The position numbers were made by a program, and so were the translations under genes. Source: a bacterium (GTDB taxonomy: Bacteria; Desulfobacterota; DSWW01). Taken from it: a stretch of DNA of 45,688 nt. Shown here piece by piece: positions 19,547 through 28,209 of the stretch; the stretch's first letter is position 1; every line of letters starts with the position of its first letter. The stretch is from the NCBI GenBank assembly GCA_040756235.1, contig JBFLZG010000037.1:1-45688 (forward strand), read 5' to 3'. A model generated the notes under the pieces. That model saw only the letters and a program-made list of their open reading frames with translations. It ran no database searches and was not told the DNA's origin.

Positions 19547-20251
19547 ATGGAGCGGATCTTTCGTGTGTACCGGTTTCAACCTGGCCAGGACGAGAAGGCC
19601 CGTTATCAGGAGTATCCGGTGGAAGTGGGGACGAGTTGGACGGTGCTCGACGTCCTGGGGTACATCAAAGGAGAGTTGGACGGGACGCTGGTGTACCGTC
19701 GCAGCTGCCGGCACGGGATCTGCGGCTCCTGCGCGATGACGATCAACGGGCACAACCGGCTGGCGTGCGAGACCCAGGTGAAGGACCTGAAGGGGGAAAA
19801 GGTGGAGCTGGAGCCCCTGCGGTCCTTCCCGGTCCTGCGGGACCTGGCCGTGGACATGGGTCCGTTCTACGATCGCTTCGAGGCGGTCAAGCCCTATCTG
19901 ATGCCCGGCAAGGCGCCGCCCACGGACAAAGAGCGCTTGCAGTCCCCCGAGGATCGCAAAAAGCTCGACGGGGCGTACGAGTGTATCCTGTGCGGCTGCT
20001 GCACCTCGTCGTGCCCGTCCTTCTGGGGGGACAAATCTTTTCTCGGGCCTGCGGCCCTCCTGAAGGCCTACCGGTACGTGTTCGACAGCCGCGACGCGGA
20101 CATGGGGGAGCGCTTACGGATCCTGAACGACCCGCACGGGCTCTGGCGCTGCCATACGATCTTCAACTGTGCCGAAGCCTGTCCGAAGTCGCTGAACCCG
20201 ACCTGGGGAATCAGCGCCCTGAAGCGCGAGGTGATCAAGCGCAGAATCTAG
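19547..20251 (+). CDS. sdhB: Succinate dehydrogenase iron-sulfur subunit
   Basis: SCRHGICGSC, CILCGCCTSSCP, CHTIFNCAEACP cluster motifs. Confidence 0.95.
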   Translation: MERIFRVYRFQPGQDEKARYQEYPVEVGTSWTVLDVLGYIKGELDGTLVYRRSCRHGICGSCAMTINGHNRLACETQVKDLKGEKVELEPLRSFPVLRDLAVDMGPFYDRFEAVKPYLMPGKAPPTDKERLQSPEDRKKLDGAYECILCGCCTSSCPSFWGDKSFLGPAALLKAYRYVFDSRDADMGERLRILNDPHGLWRCHTIFNCAEACPKSLNPTWGISALKREVIKRRI

Positions 20252-20406
20252 GAGGCTGTTCCTAAGCGCCCAGCTGCGGAGCCCGTTGCGAGCGCAGCGA
20301 AGTCGGAGATTGCGAGGCTCGGCGATGCAACCTCCCTGATAAGCAATGGGGCGACCAGAAGTATCAGGAGGTTTCCTCGTCGCTCGGGCTCTCCGGAACA
20401 AGCCTC
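20252..20406. repeat. TIR-bounded repeat with family A-like ends and family C-like interior
   Basis: gaggctgttcc...ggaacaagcctc ends enclosing gagattgcgagg...gcaacctcc. Confidence 0.5.
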
Positions 20407-20687
20407 GGGATTTGACTCGGGCCGTCCACGACCCTCGCCCTGCGGGCGCATCATCCCTCCCTCGGGCAACTTGCCCGATACGCTCCTCGGTCTCGCCTCA
20501 GGTGGACTTGGGATCGGGCGCTGAAATCTGATGCCTGACACCTCTGCTTCGCCTGCCTTCGGCGAAGCTGAAGATCCTCCCGTTACCTGCCCGTAAACGG
20601 TTGGCGAGTTGCCAGTTTGCCGCATGAACAAACTGTGCTAAAGTCCACGCGGCAAGACTCGAGCGAATCGGTCCAGCGTTTCAATTT

Positions 20688-21209
20688 ATGAAAGGAGTCA
20701 GGAGCATGCGACCGGGAGCTGAAAAGTACGAGGAATGGGGCTATGGATTTCTTTTCCTGGTCTGCTCTCTGCTCCTGGTCACGCTTGCTCTCGGATTCTA
20801 TTTCTCGTTTGTGTCCGGGATAATCCCAGCGGCGGGTTTCCTCCTGCTTTCGGCTGCAAACGTCTATGGTGCGTTCTATGCCACTTGCCGTCATTGCTGT
20901 TACTACGGAAAGAGGTGTTACATGGCGTTGGGTCTGGTCGTACCCTACTTTTTCAAGAAAGTGGAGGAACCCAGTACCGACTTGAAGATGGGTCTGTGGA
21001 TGGCCGTCTTTGTGGTGAACATGCTCTATCCTCTGATCTTTATCTACAAAGAGAACCCCCTTCTCACATCCGTTGTCTTCTCTATCGCCTATCTGATCCC
21101 GCTGGTCGCAGGAGTCGTTCTGGTTGTCCGTTTCAGCTGCCCGAGATGCAAGAACATCCATTGCCTGGGCAACCCCGAAAGAGCGAGACAAGCCGCTATC
21201 CATCGGTAG
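20688..21209 (+). CDS. Small Cys-rich membrane protein (about 4 TM helices), unknown function
   Basis: Hydrophobic segments; CRHCCYYGKRC and CPRCKNIHC motifs; AT-richer than neighbours; start may be 20706. Confidence 0.7.
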   Translation: MKGVRSMRPGAEKYEEWGYGFLFLVCSLLLVTLALGFYFSFVSGIIPAAGFLLLSAANVYGAFYATCRHCCYYGKRCYMALGLVVPYFFKKVEEPSTDLKMGLWMAVFVVNMLYPLIFIYKENPLLTSVVFSIAYLIPLVAGVVLVVRFSCPRCKNIHCLGNPERARQAAIHR

Positions 21210-21360
21210 AGCTTGTCCCACAAGCTCTATCTTGAGAGCCTGTTCAAAAATGCCCAGATGCAAGGCGCGCGAAATCCCGAGGAATGAGGCGTACATTTCG
21301 GTACGCCGCAATGACGAGGGATGAGCGCAACGCCGCAGATGGGCGTTTTGGGACAGGCTC
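21209..21360 (-). mobile_element. MITE-like repeat family A, copy 4 (inverted)
   Basis: gagcctgt...acaggctc (21236-21360), reverse-complement homology to copy 1; extra terminus at 21209. Confidence 0.75.
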
Positions 21361-21417
21361 TAGGTAATCGGCCGGAATGCAGGATACCTCCGGAGACCCC
21401 TTCGAGGAGGAAGCGAT

Positions 21418-23355
21418 ATGACCCTGAAAAGACTCATGGAGCCTGTCACGATCGGGGGCATGACCCTTCGCAACCGGATCGGAATGCCTCCCATGACGAT
21501 GGCGTACGCGAGCCCCGCCGACGGCGTGAGCCAGACCGACCGCGACTACTTTGCCGAGCGGGCCAAGGGCGGGGCGGCCCTCATCATGGTGGGCGGCGTG
21601 TGCGTCGAGGGCCGGATCGGCAAGCTCATGGTGCCGGGACCGCTCCACTGCCTCGACCGGGATGAGCAGATCCCGGGCTATGCCGCCCTGGCGGACGCGG
21701 TCCACGCGCACGGGGCCCGCATGGCCGTCCAGCTCTATCACGCCGGGAGGCAGACGTCGCTCGACAAGACCGCAGGGGCCCAGCCCGTCTCCTCGTCTGC
21801 CAAGGAGACTCTTTTCATGGGCGTCGTTCCGATGCCCTCCGCCAGGGCCCTTGCCGTGAACGAGATCGAGCAGATCGAGGACGATTTCGCCGAGGCGGCC
21901 CGGCGGGCGCAGGCTGCCGGCATCGACGCGGTGCTCATCGACGGCGGGGCCGGGTACCTCATTGCCCAGTTCATGTCGCCCTTCGTCAACAAAAGGACGG
22001 ACGCTTACGGCGGGAGCCTGGAGAAGCGCATGCGCTTCCCCTTGCGCATCGTGGAGAAGACGAGGGAGCGGGTCGGCTCGGCGTATCCGTTGCTGTTCGA
22101 TCTGCCTGCCGACGAGCTGGTCGAGGGCGGCATCCGGATTGAAGAGAGCCGGGTGATGGCCCGCATGCTCGAGGAGGCGGGGATCAGCGCTTTCCGCATC
22201 CATGTCGCCCTCTACGAAACCTATCAGTACGTGGTCCCTCCCGCTGCGGTCCCCAGGGGCGTGCACGCCCCGCTGGGCCGCGCGATCAAAGAATCGGTGC
22301 GCGAAGCCAAGGTGATGCTCGGCCACCGGATCAACGACCCCCTTCTCGCCGAGAAGCTCCTCGGGGAAGGCGCGGCCGACTTTATCCTCATGGGGAGGGC
22401 GCTCATTGCAGACCCCGAGCTGCCGGTGAAGGTCGAGGAAGATAGGCTTGAGGACATCCGGCCGTGCATCGCCTGCAACATCGGTTGCGTGGGAAGCATC
22501 GTGGCCGGCGTCCCAGCGACGTGCACGGTGAACCCGATGGCAGGCAAGGAAGCGGAGCACCGCCTCGTGCCGGCCCCAAGGCGCAAGAAGGTCGTGGTCG
22601 TCGGAGGCGGCGTGGGCGGGATGGAAGCCGCCCGAGTCGCGGCGCTGCGCGGGCACGAGGTGATCCTCTACGAGAAGAGCGGGCGGCTGGGCGGTTGGGC
22701 CGCAGTCGGCTGCCTGCCGCCTCACAAGGAGGAGATCCGGGGGCTGGTCGATTACTTTTCCGCGCAGCTCCGCAAGTCCGGGGTGCGCGTCGAGCTCGAC
22801 AGGGAAGCGACGGTCCGAGAGATCCTGGCGGGAGCACCGGACGCGGTGGTCGTCGCGACCGGTTCGGTGGCCTCCGTCCCGGGCATTCCCGGCGCTGCGG
22901 GAGACCACGTCGTTCAGGCCGCTGACGTGCTCACCGGAAAAGCGCAGACCGGGAGCCGCGTGGTCGTGGTGGGCGGCGGCCAGACAGGCCTGGAAACGGC
23001 CGAGTTTCTCGCCGGAAAGGGCAAGCGGGTGAGCGTGATCGAAATGCTTCCAGAAGTGGGAGCCGACATGGAGCTCATCACCAAGGTCTTCATGCTCCCG
23101 CGGCTCGCACGAGCCGGAGTCGAGACTCGGACGAGTGTCCGGGTGGAGGAGATTACGAAGCAGGGCGTCCGCGCCGGAGGCGAGCTGTTCGAAGCCGATA
23201 CCGTGGTGCTCGCCACAGGGCTGAAGGCGCGGGACGGTCTTTCCGAAGCCCTGAAGGGAAAGGTGCCGGAGGTGCACGTGATCGGCGACTGCGTGAAGCC
23301 GCGCAAGCTCCTGGACGCGATCCACGAAGGGGCCAGGGCCGGACGGACGCTCTGA
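21418..23355 (+). CDS. NADH:flavin oxidoreductase, OYE family with [4Fe-4S] and FAD/NAD domains (FadH/BaiCD-like)
   Basis: LRNRIGMPPM, RAKGGA, NKRTDAYGGS, CIACNIGC..C, VVGGGVGG, VVGGGQTG. Confidence 0.9.
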   Translation: MTLKRLMEPVTIGGMTLRNRIGMPPMTMAYASPADGVSQTDRDYFAERAKGGAALIMVGGVCVEGRIGKLMVPGPLHCLDRDEQIPGYAALADAVHAHGARMAVQLYHAGRQTSLDKTAGAQPVSSSAKETLFMGVVPMPSARALAVNEIEQIEDDFAEAARRAQAAGIDAVLIDGGAGYLIAQFMSPFVNKRTDAYGGSLEKRMRFPLRIVEKTRERVGSAYPLLFDLPADELVEGGIRIEESRVMARMLEEAGISAFRIHVALYETYQYVVPPAAVPRGVHAPLGRAIKESVREAKVMLGHRINDPLLAEKLLGEGAADFILMGRALIADPELPVKVEEDRLEDIRPCIACNIGCVGSIVAGVPATCTVNPMAGKEAEHRLVPAPRRKKVVVVGGGVGGMEAARVAALRGHEVILYEKSGRLGGWAAVGCLPPHKEEIRGLVDYFSAQLRKSGVRVELDREATVREILAGAPDAVVVATGSVASVPGIPGAAGDHVVQAADVLTGKAQTGSRVVVVGGGQTGLETAEFLAGKGKRVSVIEMLPEVGADMELITKVFMLPRLARAGVETRTSVRVEEITKQGVRAGGELFEADTVVLATGLKARDGLSEALKGKVPEVHVIGDCVKPRKLLDAIHEGARAGRTL

Positions 23356-23443
23356 GGGGTCGCGCAAGAATCGCTTCCCATTTCGCATCCCGGAGGAGCC
23401 TGCGGAGCGGGCGACATCCGGGATCCGGTCCCTGTCCTTGTCG

Positions 23444-23577
23444 GTCATTCCGGCGCAGGCCGGAATCCGGTCTGTGTGCCCCGTCCTTGATGCACCCTTC
23501 TGGATCCCGGCTCCCACGCGCTCCGCAACCGGGCCGGGATGACGAAATATGACACAGCCTCGCAGGCCGGAATCCAG
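23444..23577. repeat. CGTC-type palindromic repeat cluster
   Basis: gtcattccggcgcaggccggaatcc; tggatcccggc...gccgggatgacg; cgcaggccggaatccag. Confidence 0.65.
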
Positions 23578-23745
23578 CCCCCGCGCCCCGTATTCCAAAC
23601 GCTGTGGTCCGGCGAAGGAGCGGGCACCCGTCCCGGTTCGGATCGCCTCACCAAGCCTGATAATTCCGTTGCTTTCCGTTCCTCGATGGAGTAACAATCG
23701 GCTGTAGGGGTCGGCTCTTTTCTCTTCTCAGAAAGAGGTGTCCCC

Positions 23746-24996
23746 GTGTCTCCGCCTGCGAGCTTCGAGAGGTTCTATCTCGCCTTCCGCGACGTCAGCT
23801 CCTCGGTCCATTCCAGCGCGAGCCTGAAAGAAGTACTGGATACGGTCGTCCGCAAAGCTACGGAGGTCCTGGGCGCCAAAGGTGCGATCGTCCGCATCCT
23901 GAACCTGGAAACCCACCAGCTCGAGATCGGAGCCGCGTACGGGTTGAGCCGGCGCTACCTCTCCAAGGGGCCCGTCTCGAGCGAGAAGATCATCACGGAC
24001 TTGTGCAGGGTGAACAAGGTCATCCTCATCCGGGACATCCTGAACAGCCCGCAAGTGCAGTACCCGAAGGAGGCATGGGAGGAGGGGATCCGCGCCATTC
24101 TCGACGTGCCGCTCAAGCTGAGGGAGCACGTGGTCGGGATCATCCGGGTTCACTTCGGTCGTCCGAGGACCTTCTCGGACGAGGAGCTCGATTTCGTGAT
24201 CTCGATCGGCGAGCAGTGTGCGGTCGCGATGGACAAGGCGCGTCTGATCGAAAATCAGCAGGCTCAATACCGTTCCCTGAGCCTGCAGACGGAAAAGCTG
24301 TCGGCTCTGGGCCGGATGGCGGCCGGAATCGCCCATGAGATCAACAATCCGCTGGGCGGCATCCTGATCTACAGCACGAACCTGCTGAAGAAGGTCCCCG
24401 GAGAGGGCCCTCTGAAAGAAGGCCTGGAGATCATCGTTCACGAGACGATCCGGTGCAGAAGCATCATCCAGGAGCTGCTGGAGTTCAGCCGGGAGCGTCC
24501 GCCCGAGCGGGCCCAGGCCGGCATCAACGAGGTGATCGAGAAGACCCTGTGCATGCTGGAGAACGGATTTCGACTGCACCACATCCGCTTGAGAAAGGAC
24601 CTCGCACCCGACTTGCCGCAGCTCTCCCTGGACGTGAATCAGATGCAGCAGGTCTTCGTCAACCTCCTGATGAACGCTTCGGAGGCCGTGAGGCGCGACG
24701 GCGAGATCGCGGTGCGCAGCTCGGCCGACCCGGGAAGGGGACGGGTGCTCGTCGAAATCCGGGACACGGGTTGCGGCATACCGCCCCAGAACATGGAGCG
24801 GATCTTCGAGCCTTTCTTTTCCACCAAGGAAAAAGGGACGGGGCTCGGCCTGGCCGTCAGCTACGGGATCGTCAAGAACCACCAGGGGACGATCCGGGTC
24901 GAGAGCGAGCCCGGGAAAGGGGCGTGCTTCCGGATCGAGATTCCGATTCAGGGCTCACCGCAAGTCTTCCAAGATCCGGAACCGCTCTCGCGGTAG
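23746..24996 (+). CDS. Cytoplasmic GAF-domain sensor histidine kinase (NtrB-like)
   Basis: N-terminal GAF; AHEINNPL H-box, NLLMNA, DTGCG, FFSTK, GTGLGL. Confidence 0.92.
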   Translation: MSPPASFERFYLAFRDVSSSVHSSASLKEVLDTVVRKATEVLGAKGAIVRILNLETHQLEIGAAYGLSRRYLSKGPVSSEKIITDLCRVNKVILIRDILNSPQVQYPKEAWEEGIRAILDVPLKLREHVVGIIRVHFGRPRTFSDEELDFVISIGEQCAVAMDKARLIENQQAQYRSLSLQTEKLSALGRMAAGIAHEINNPLGGILIYSTNLLKKVPGEGPLKEGLEIIVHETIRCRSIIQELLEFSRERPPERAQAGINEVIEKTLCMLENGFRLHHIRLRKDLAPDLPQLSLDVNQMQQVFVNLLMNASEAVRRDGEIAVRSSADPGRGRVLVEIRDTGCGIPPQNMERIFEPFFSTKEKGTGLGLAVSYGIVKNHQGTIRVESEPGKGACFRIEIPIQGSPQVFQDPEPLSR

Positions 24997-25008
24997 GTGA
25001 ATGTCGAC

Positions 25009-26418
25009 ATGGAGCCCGGCAGAATCCTGATCGTCGATGACGAGCGTGCCGTCTGCAGCGGGTGCCGTCTGGTCCTCGCCGAGAAGGGGTACGCGGTCGA
25101 CCTCTGCATGACCGGCCGGGAGGGGATCGATGCGATCCGGCATGGAGGTTATGCCCTCGCTCTCCTCGACCTGAAGCTGCCGGATCTGGACGGTATGGAC
25201 ATCCTGAGGAGCGCGTTCCGGGAGAGGCCCGAGCTCCCGGTCATCATCATGACCGGATACTCCACGGTCCAGACCGCGGTGGAAGCCATGAAGCTGAAGG
25301 CTTGCGACTATCTCGTGAAGCCTTTCTCGGACGATGATCTGTTGTTTGCCGTGGAGAGGGCTCTGCAGAAAGGGCGCCTCGTCGAAGCGAATCGCACCCT
25401 TCGAGAGGGATATCGGGACCGATACGGCTTCGAGAAGATCGTCGGGCGCACGCCTGAGATGTCAGGCATTTACGAACAGGTCGAAAAAGTGGGGCCGACC
25501 GACAGCACGGTGGTCCTTTACGGAGAGAGCGGGACGGGAAAGGAGCTCTTTGCCAGGGCCGTCCACGCGCACAGCAACAGGAGGAGCCGGCAGTTTGTCG
25601 CCGTGGACTGCAGCACCCTCAGCCCGAGCCTGCTGGAGAGCGAGCTCTTCGGACACGTGAAAGGCGCTTTCACCGGCGCCACCGACGACAAGGCGGGCAT
25701 CTTCGAAGTGGCGAGCGGCGGGACCCTGTTTCTGGACGACGTGGCGAATCTGAGTCTCGAGGTGCAGGGAAAGCTGTTGCGCGTGCTGGAGTCGCAGGAA
25801 TACAAGGCGGTGGGCGCGAGCGTTTTCCGGAAGACGGACGTGCGGATCATCGCCGCGACCAACAAGGATCTCAAGGCGATGGTCGAGGCGGGCAGCTTCC
25901 GGGAAGATCTCTTTTACCGGCTCAACGTCTTCCCGATCTTCCTGCCTCCTCTGCGGGAAAGGAGGGAGGACATCCCGGAGCTGGCCTATCACTTCCTGAG
26001 GCTGTTCTGCCGCCAGACCGGCAAGCGAATCGACGGATTCTCGGACGACGCGCTGGAGGTCCTGGCCCGCCACGACTGGCCCGGCAACGTGAGGGAGTTG
26101 AAGAACGTGGTCGAGCGCCTGGTGATCCTCGCCGACGGAGGGGTCCTGAGCTACGTTCACCTGTTCGATCACATGAGGCTGAAGAGATTCCTGGGAAGCG
26201 CAGCAGTGCCGGAGACGTTCGAGGAGCTCAAGGCCATGAAGAAGCGCATCCTGCGGGACTTCTACGGCCAGATCGAAAAGGCCTTCCTGCTCAAGGCCCT
26301 GAACGCGGCCAACGGAAACGTGACGCGTGCCGCCGCGCGGGTGGGCATTCAGCGCCCCAACTTTCACGCTCTGCTGAAAAGGCACAAGCTGGCGTCCTTC
26401 GGCAGGCTCGACCCCTGA
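25009..26418 (+). CDS. Sigma54-dependent response regulator (NtrC family)
   Basis: Receiver domain; GESGTGKE, GAFTGA, FREDLFYRL, WPGNVREL; C-terminal HTH. Confidence 0.93.
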   Translation: MEPGRILIVDDERAVCSGCRLVLAEKGYAVDLCMTGREGIDAIRHGGYALALLDLKLPDLDGMDILRSAFRERPELPVIIMTGYSTVQTAVEAMKLKACDYLVKPFSDDDLLFAVERALQKGRLVEANRTLREGYRDRYGFEKIVGRTPEMSGIYEQVEKVGPTDSTVVLYGESGTGKELFARAVHAHSNRRSRQFVAVDCSTLSPSLLESELFGHVKGAFTGATDDKAGIFEVASGGTLFLDDVANLSLEVQGKLLRVLESQEYKAVGASVFRKTDVRIIAATNKDLKAMVEAGSFREDLFYRLNVFPIFLPPLRERREDIPELAYHFLRLFCRQTGKRIDGFSDDALEVLARHDWPGNVRELKNVVERLVILADGGVLSYVHLFDHMRLKRFLGSAAVPETFEELKAMKKRILRDFYGQIEKAFLLKALNAANGNVTRAAARVGIQRPNFHALLKRHKLASFGRLDP

Positions 26419-26647
26419 CGTGCTCGGGGGGCGCGCCCCAGACGGCTCGTCCGGTCCGGCGCCGCCGTATAGACGCTCATACGCCCTGGAAGGGCGCGGG
26501 AAAACAGCGGGAAAGCCACCTGGGCCGGTCGAGTGGAGTATGCGGCGCCATACGCAAGCTTCCGCCTGCGGTCTGTACGGGCCAAGCGGAATGATGGAGG
26601 AACAGGCACTTACAAGCGCCGGGAAGACATCCGCCGATGGTCGGTGC

Positions 26648-26664
26648 CTGGAACGGGACTTGCT
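26648..26664 (+). promoter_or_regulatory. Putative sigma54 (-24/-12) promoter
   Basis: CTGGAACGGGACTTGCT: GG-N10-GC, one mismatch to TGGCAC-N5-TTGCW; about 50 bp upstream of 26716 ATG. Confidence 0.65.
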
Positions 26665-26715
26665 CCTGGCCCTTCCGAAAACCCGGCAAGTCATTCGGGA
26701 AGAAGGAGGGCGCAC

Positions 26716-27387
26716 ATGGCAACTGCCGATATCCAAGTGGTGAGTCACCCGGCCCAGGTGCTCGTGCTCGAGGACGAATATTATCTGGGCAAGGGTCTTC
26801 AGATGGTCCTGGCCGACGAAGGATATGGGGCGGACCTGAGCCTGACCGGGCTGAAGGCTCTGGAAGCGCTCCGGAGAAAAAGCTTCGATCTCCTCGTCGC
26901 CGACCTGCGACTGCCGGACATGGACGGCATGGAGGTCGTCCAAACGGCCAAGCAGAGCCTGCCCGGGGTCGAGGTCATCGTCATCACGGGCTACCCGTCG
27001 GCTTCCTCCGCGGTCAGTGCCTTCAAGGCAGGCGCGTTCGAGTACCTGCGCAAGCCGTTCACGGAGGACGAATTCAAGGTGGCGGTCAGGGGCGCCCTGA
27101 AGCACCGTCTCGAAGTCCTCCCCGGCGGGCGTCTCGATCGGACTGACCGGAGGGTCATCGAGAAGCAGGAAGTGGTGCGGGTCCTCCAGACGAGCCTGGA
27201 GGACCCCTCCTTCTGGCTCGCGCTGCTCGAAAGAGGGTCACAGGTGCTGGAGGGGCGGGCTCTGTCGCCGCAGGCCCGGGCCGCGATCGTGTCCGGGGAC
27301 CTGAAGTGGCTGAACGAGCACGTGGGTGAGCTCTCAGAGACACAACTCAGCTGGGTTTACGCTCGCCTTGAGCAAGAACGGTGGTAG
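26716..27387 (+). CDS. Response regulator receiver protein with uncharacterised helical C-terminal domain
   Basis: VLEDE, ADLRLPDMDG, ITGY, KPF; AGGAGG RBS. Confidence 0.85.
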   Translation: MATADIQVVSHPAQVLVLEDEYYLGKGLQMVLADEGYGADLSLTGLKALEALRRKSFDLLVADLRLPDMDGMEVVQTAKQSLPGVEVIVITGYPSASSAVSAFKAGAFEYLRKPFTEDEFKVAVRGALKHRLEVLPGGRLDRTDRRVIEKQEVVRVLQTSLEDPSFWLALLERGSQVLEGRALSPQARAAIVSGDLKWLNEHVGELSETQLSWVYARLEQERW

Positions 27388-27463
27388 GCACCTCGAGAGG
27401 GCGCTGTCGACACCCTCTCGAGCCGCCTCCGGGCCGGAGCGGAACCCGGAAAAGGAGGGCGCC

Positions 27464-27919
27464 ATGTTCATCATTATGGAGGATGTCTTCGCAGGAATGA
27501 GCAAGGAATCCGTGAAGGCCATCCGAGCGCTGTTCACCGAGGAGCAGAAGAGGGCAGGGGACCTCGTGTACAAGAGCGGGGATTCGGCGGATTATTTCTA
27601 CATTCTCGACAAGGGCCATGTGACGCTGAGCTACGGACAATTGGCCAGCATCACCTACGTGCTGAACCAGGGAGGGGAGGGTTTCGGCCTTTCGAGCCTC
27701 CTGCGAGACTCCGCTTACTCTGCGACCGCCCAGTGCAAGAGTCCGAGCAGGATACGGAAGGTCGAAAAGGACAAGTTGGAGGAGTTCCTCGCGCGACATC
27801 CGGACGCAGCGCGCGCCTTTTTCAAGCGCCTGGCGGGCACGCTGTTTCAGCGCATGATCGACAGCCACAACTCGCTCCTTTCGGCTTATCAGGGGCCCGG
27901 CGTGCCTTCCTACGGGTAA
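27464..27919 (+). CDS. Stand-alone cyclic-nucleotide-binding domain protein
   Basis: VYKSGDSADYFYILDKGHV...GEGFGLSSL...YSATA; AGGAGG RBS; no evident HTH. Confidence 0.82.
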   Translation: MFIIMEDVFAGMSKESVKAIRALFTEEQKRAGDLVYKSGDSADYFYILDKGHVTLSYGQLASITYVLNQGGEGFGLSSLLRDSAYSATAQCKSPSRIRKVEKDKLEEFLARHPDAARAFFKRLAGTLFQRMIDSHNSLLSAYQGPGVPSYG

Positions 27920-28128
27920 AGGGCTGCTGCTGTCGTCGGAGCAAAGAACGGGGTCAGGCACCTTCCGGCTTCGCGAGGACCGGGAAGCGAGCGGCTTGAC
28001 CCCCATTCTTTGTACCCCTCGTCGGCCCCTCCTGTTGCCTCCAGCGGCTTTCCGTGCGGGTTTTCGTAGCCTTCCTCCCCCGCCTTCATTCCCGGATCCG
28101 AGCGCCTGGCCTGCCCTGCGAATTTCAG

Positions 28129-28156
28129 TTGACATGACGCGACAATTAGATATAAT
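28129..28156 (+). promoter_or_regulatory. Consensus sigma70 promoter
   Basis: TTGACA-16 nt-TATAAT upstream of the 28210 ATG. Confidence 0.75.
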
Positions 28157-28209
28157 TACACTTTGCAAAATCTTTTTAGACCGTTCAGAGTAGTAAAGGG
28201 GGGTGCACC

